DNA from: Callorhinchus milii
Taxonomy: Eukaryota
Reading direction: 5' to 3'
Assembly: GCF_018977255.1 (NCBI RefSeq)
Contig: NW_024704742.1
Span: 103,666,001-103,730,000 of the forward strand
Length of the DNA: 64,000 bases
Below, piece after piece: positions 63,559-64,000 of this stretch. A model generated the notes under the pieces. The model made no database searches. It was given only the letters and a program-made list of their open reading frames with translations, and was not told the DNA's origin. The position numbers and the translations under genes were made by a program. The number at the start of each line of letters is the position of its first letter. The stretch's first letter is position 1.

Positions 63559-64000
63559 GACAATTAAAGTGGCAGCAAGAACAATCTATTACCATTTGCT
63601 GACCATCCTTCACCTGAGTATTTATTAAACATGGCACAGGGAGACCCAAAGGAGTTTAAATTATTAAATTAAAACAGTCTTTGTTACAGTTGTCTCCAGC
63701 TGCACTTTACATCTGCCGTATAATAAAAAGAAAAGAGACCTAGAGACCTATCTATATTGGCAGAGGGAAACTGTTTAATTAGGAACCTTTTGTCTAAAAT
63801 GGTTTGCCACGCTTGCCAGTCTCCCAAAGACAACATGTTAAAGTTAACCTAAAACAAATGTAACATGGGCCATTGCAGAGCCTCACCTTGTGGTGAGAAA
63901 AATTTACTAGCCAGGTATTTTTGTTCAAATGTTTTCTTTCATTTAAGACTGAAGATGAGTTAAACAGCGCATTCACTTAAGGGTGTACCTACTACTACGA

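Noticed and set aside
1..64000. Excess of minus-strand L2/CR1 fragments as evidence for a + strand host gene
   Set aside because: The bias among the longer fragments is modest, counts are small and SINEs do not follow it, so host transcription direction cannot be inferred.
1..64000. CRISPR arrays, operons or prokaryotic defence systems
   Set aside because: No regularly spaced repeat-spacer array and no gene-dense coding; the recurring motifs are dispersed retroposon tails.

Overview
This is vertebrate nuclear DNA, not prokaryotic. It is AT-rich and CpG-depleted, and roughly half of it is interspersed repeats. The repeat content points to a cartilaginous fish, probably a chimaera or elephant-shark type (inference). 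That content includes L2 and CR1 LINE fragments, a young tRNA-Ala-headed SINE ending in (TTA)n, an older DeuSINE, and a Penelope-type palindrome. I found no recognisable host protein-coding exon, rRNA, true tRNA or CRISPR array. The ORFs with recognisable protein motifs are degraded L2/CR1 ORF2 pieces. The rest look like chance ORFs or read-through of SINEs and LINE antisense strands. The window therefore looks intronic or intergenic. The most unusual items are: (1) a ~970 bp foldback structure at 7010-7979 with ~225 bp inverted arms and an internal 44 bp hairpin; (2) a composite SINE that appears to carry tRNA, CORE-like, Deu-like and L2-tail modules, plus a younger subfamily missing part of the CORE-like block; (3) compensatory base changes in the 3' stem-loop shared by two L2 subfamilies and the SINE; (4) several unclassified insertions at 18745-19150, 39061-39694 and 41850-42887. 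Repeat boundaries were read by eye (about +/-10-20 bp). Family names come from recalled consensus motifs, not database searches. I cannot support a new protein-based biological system here.
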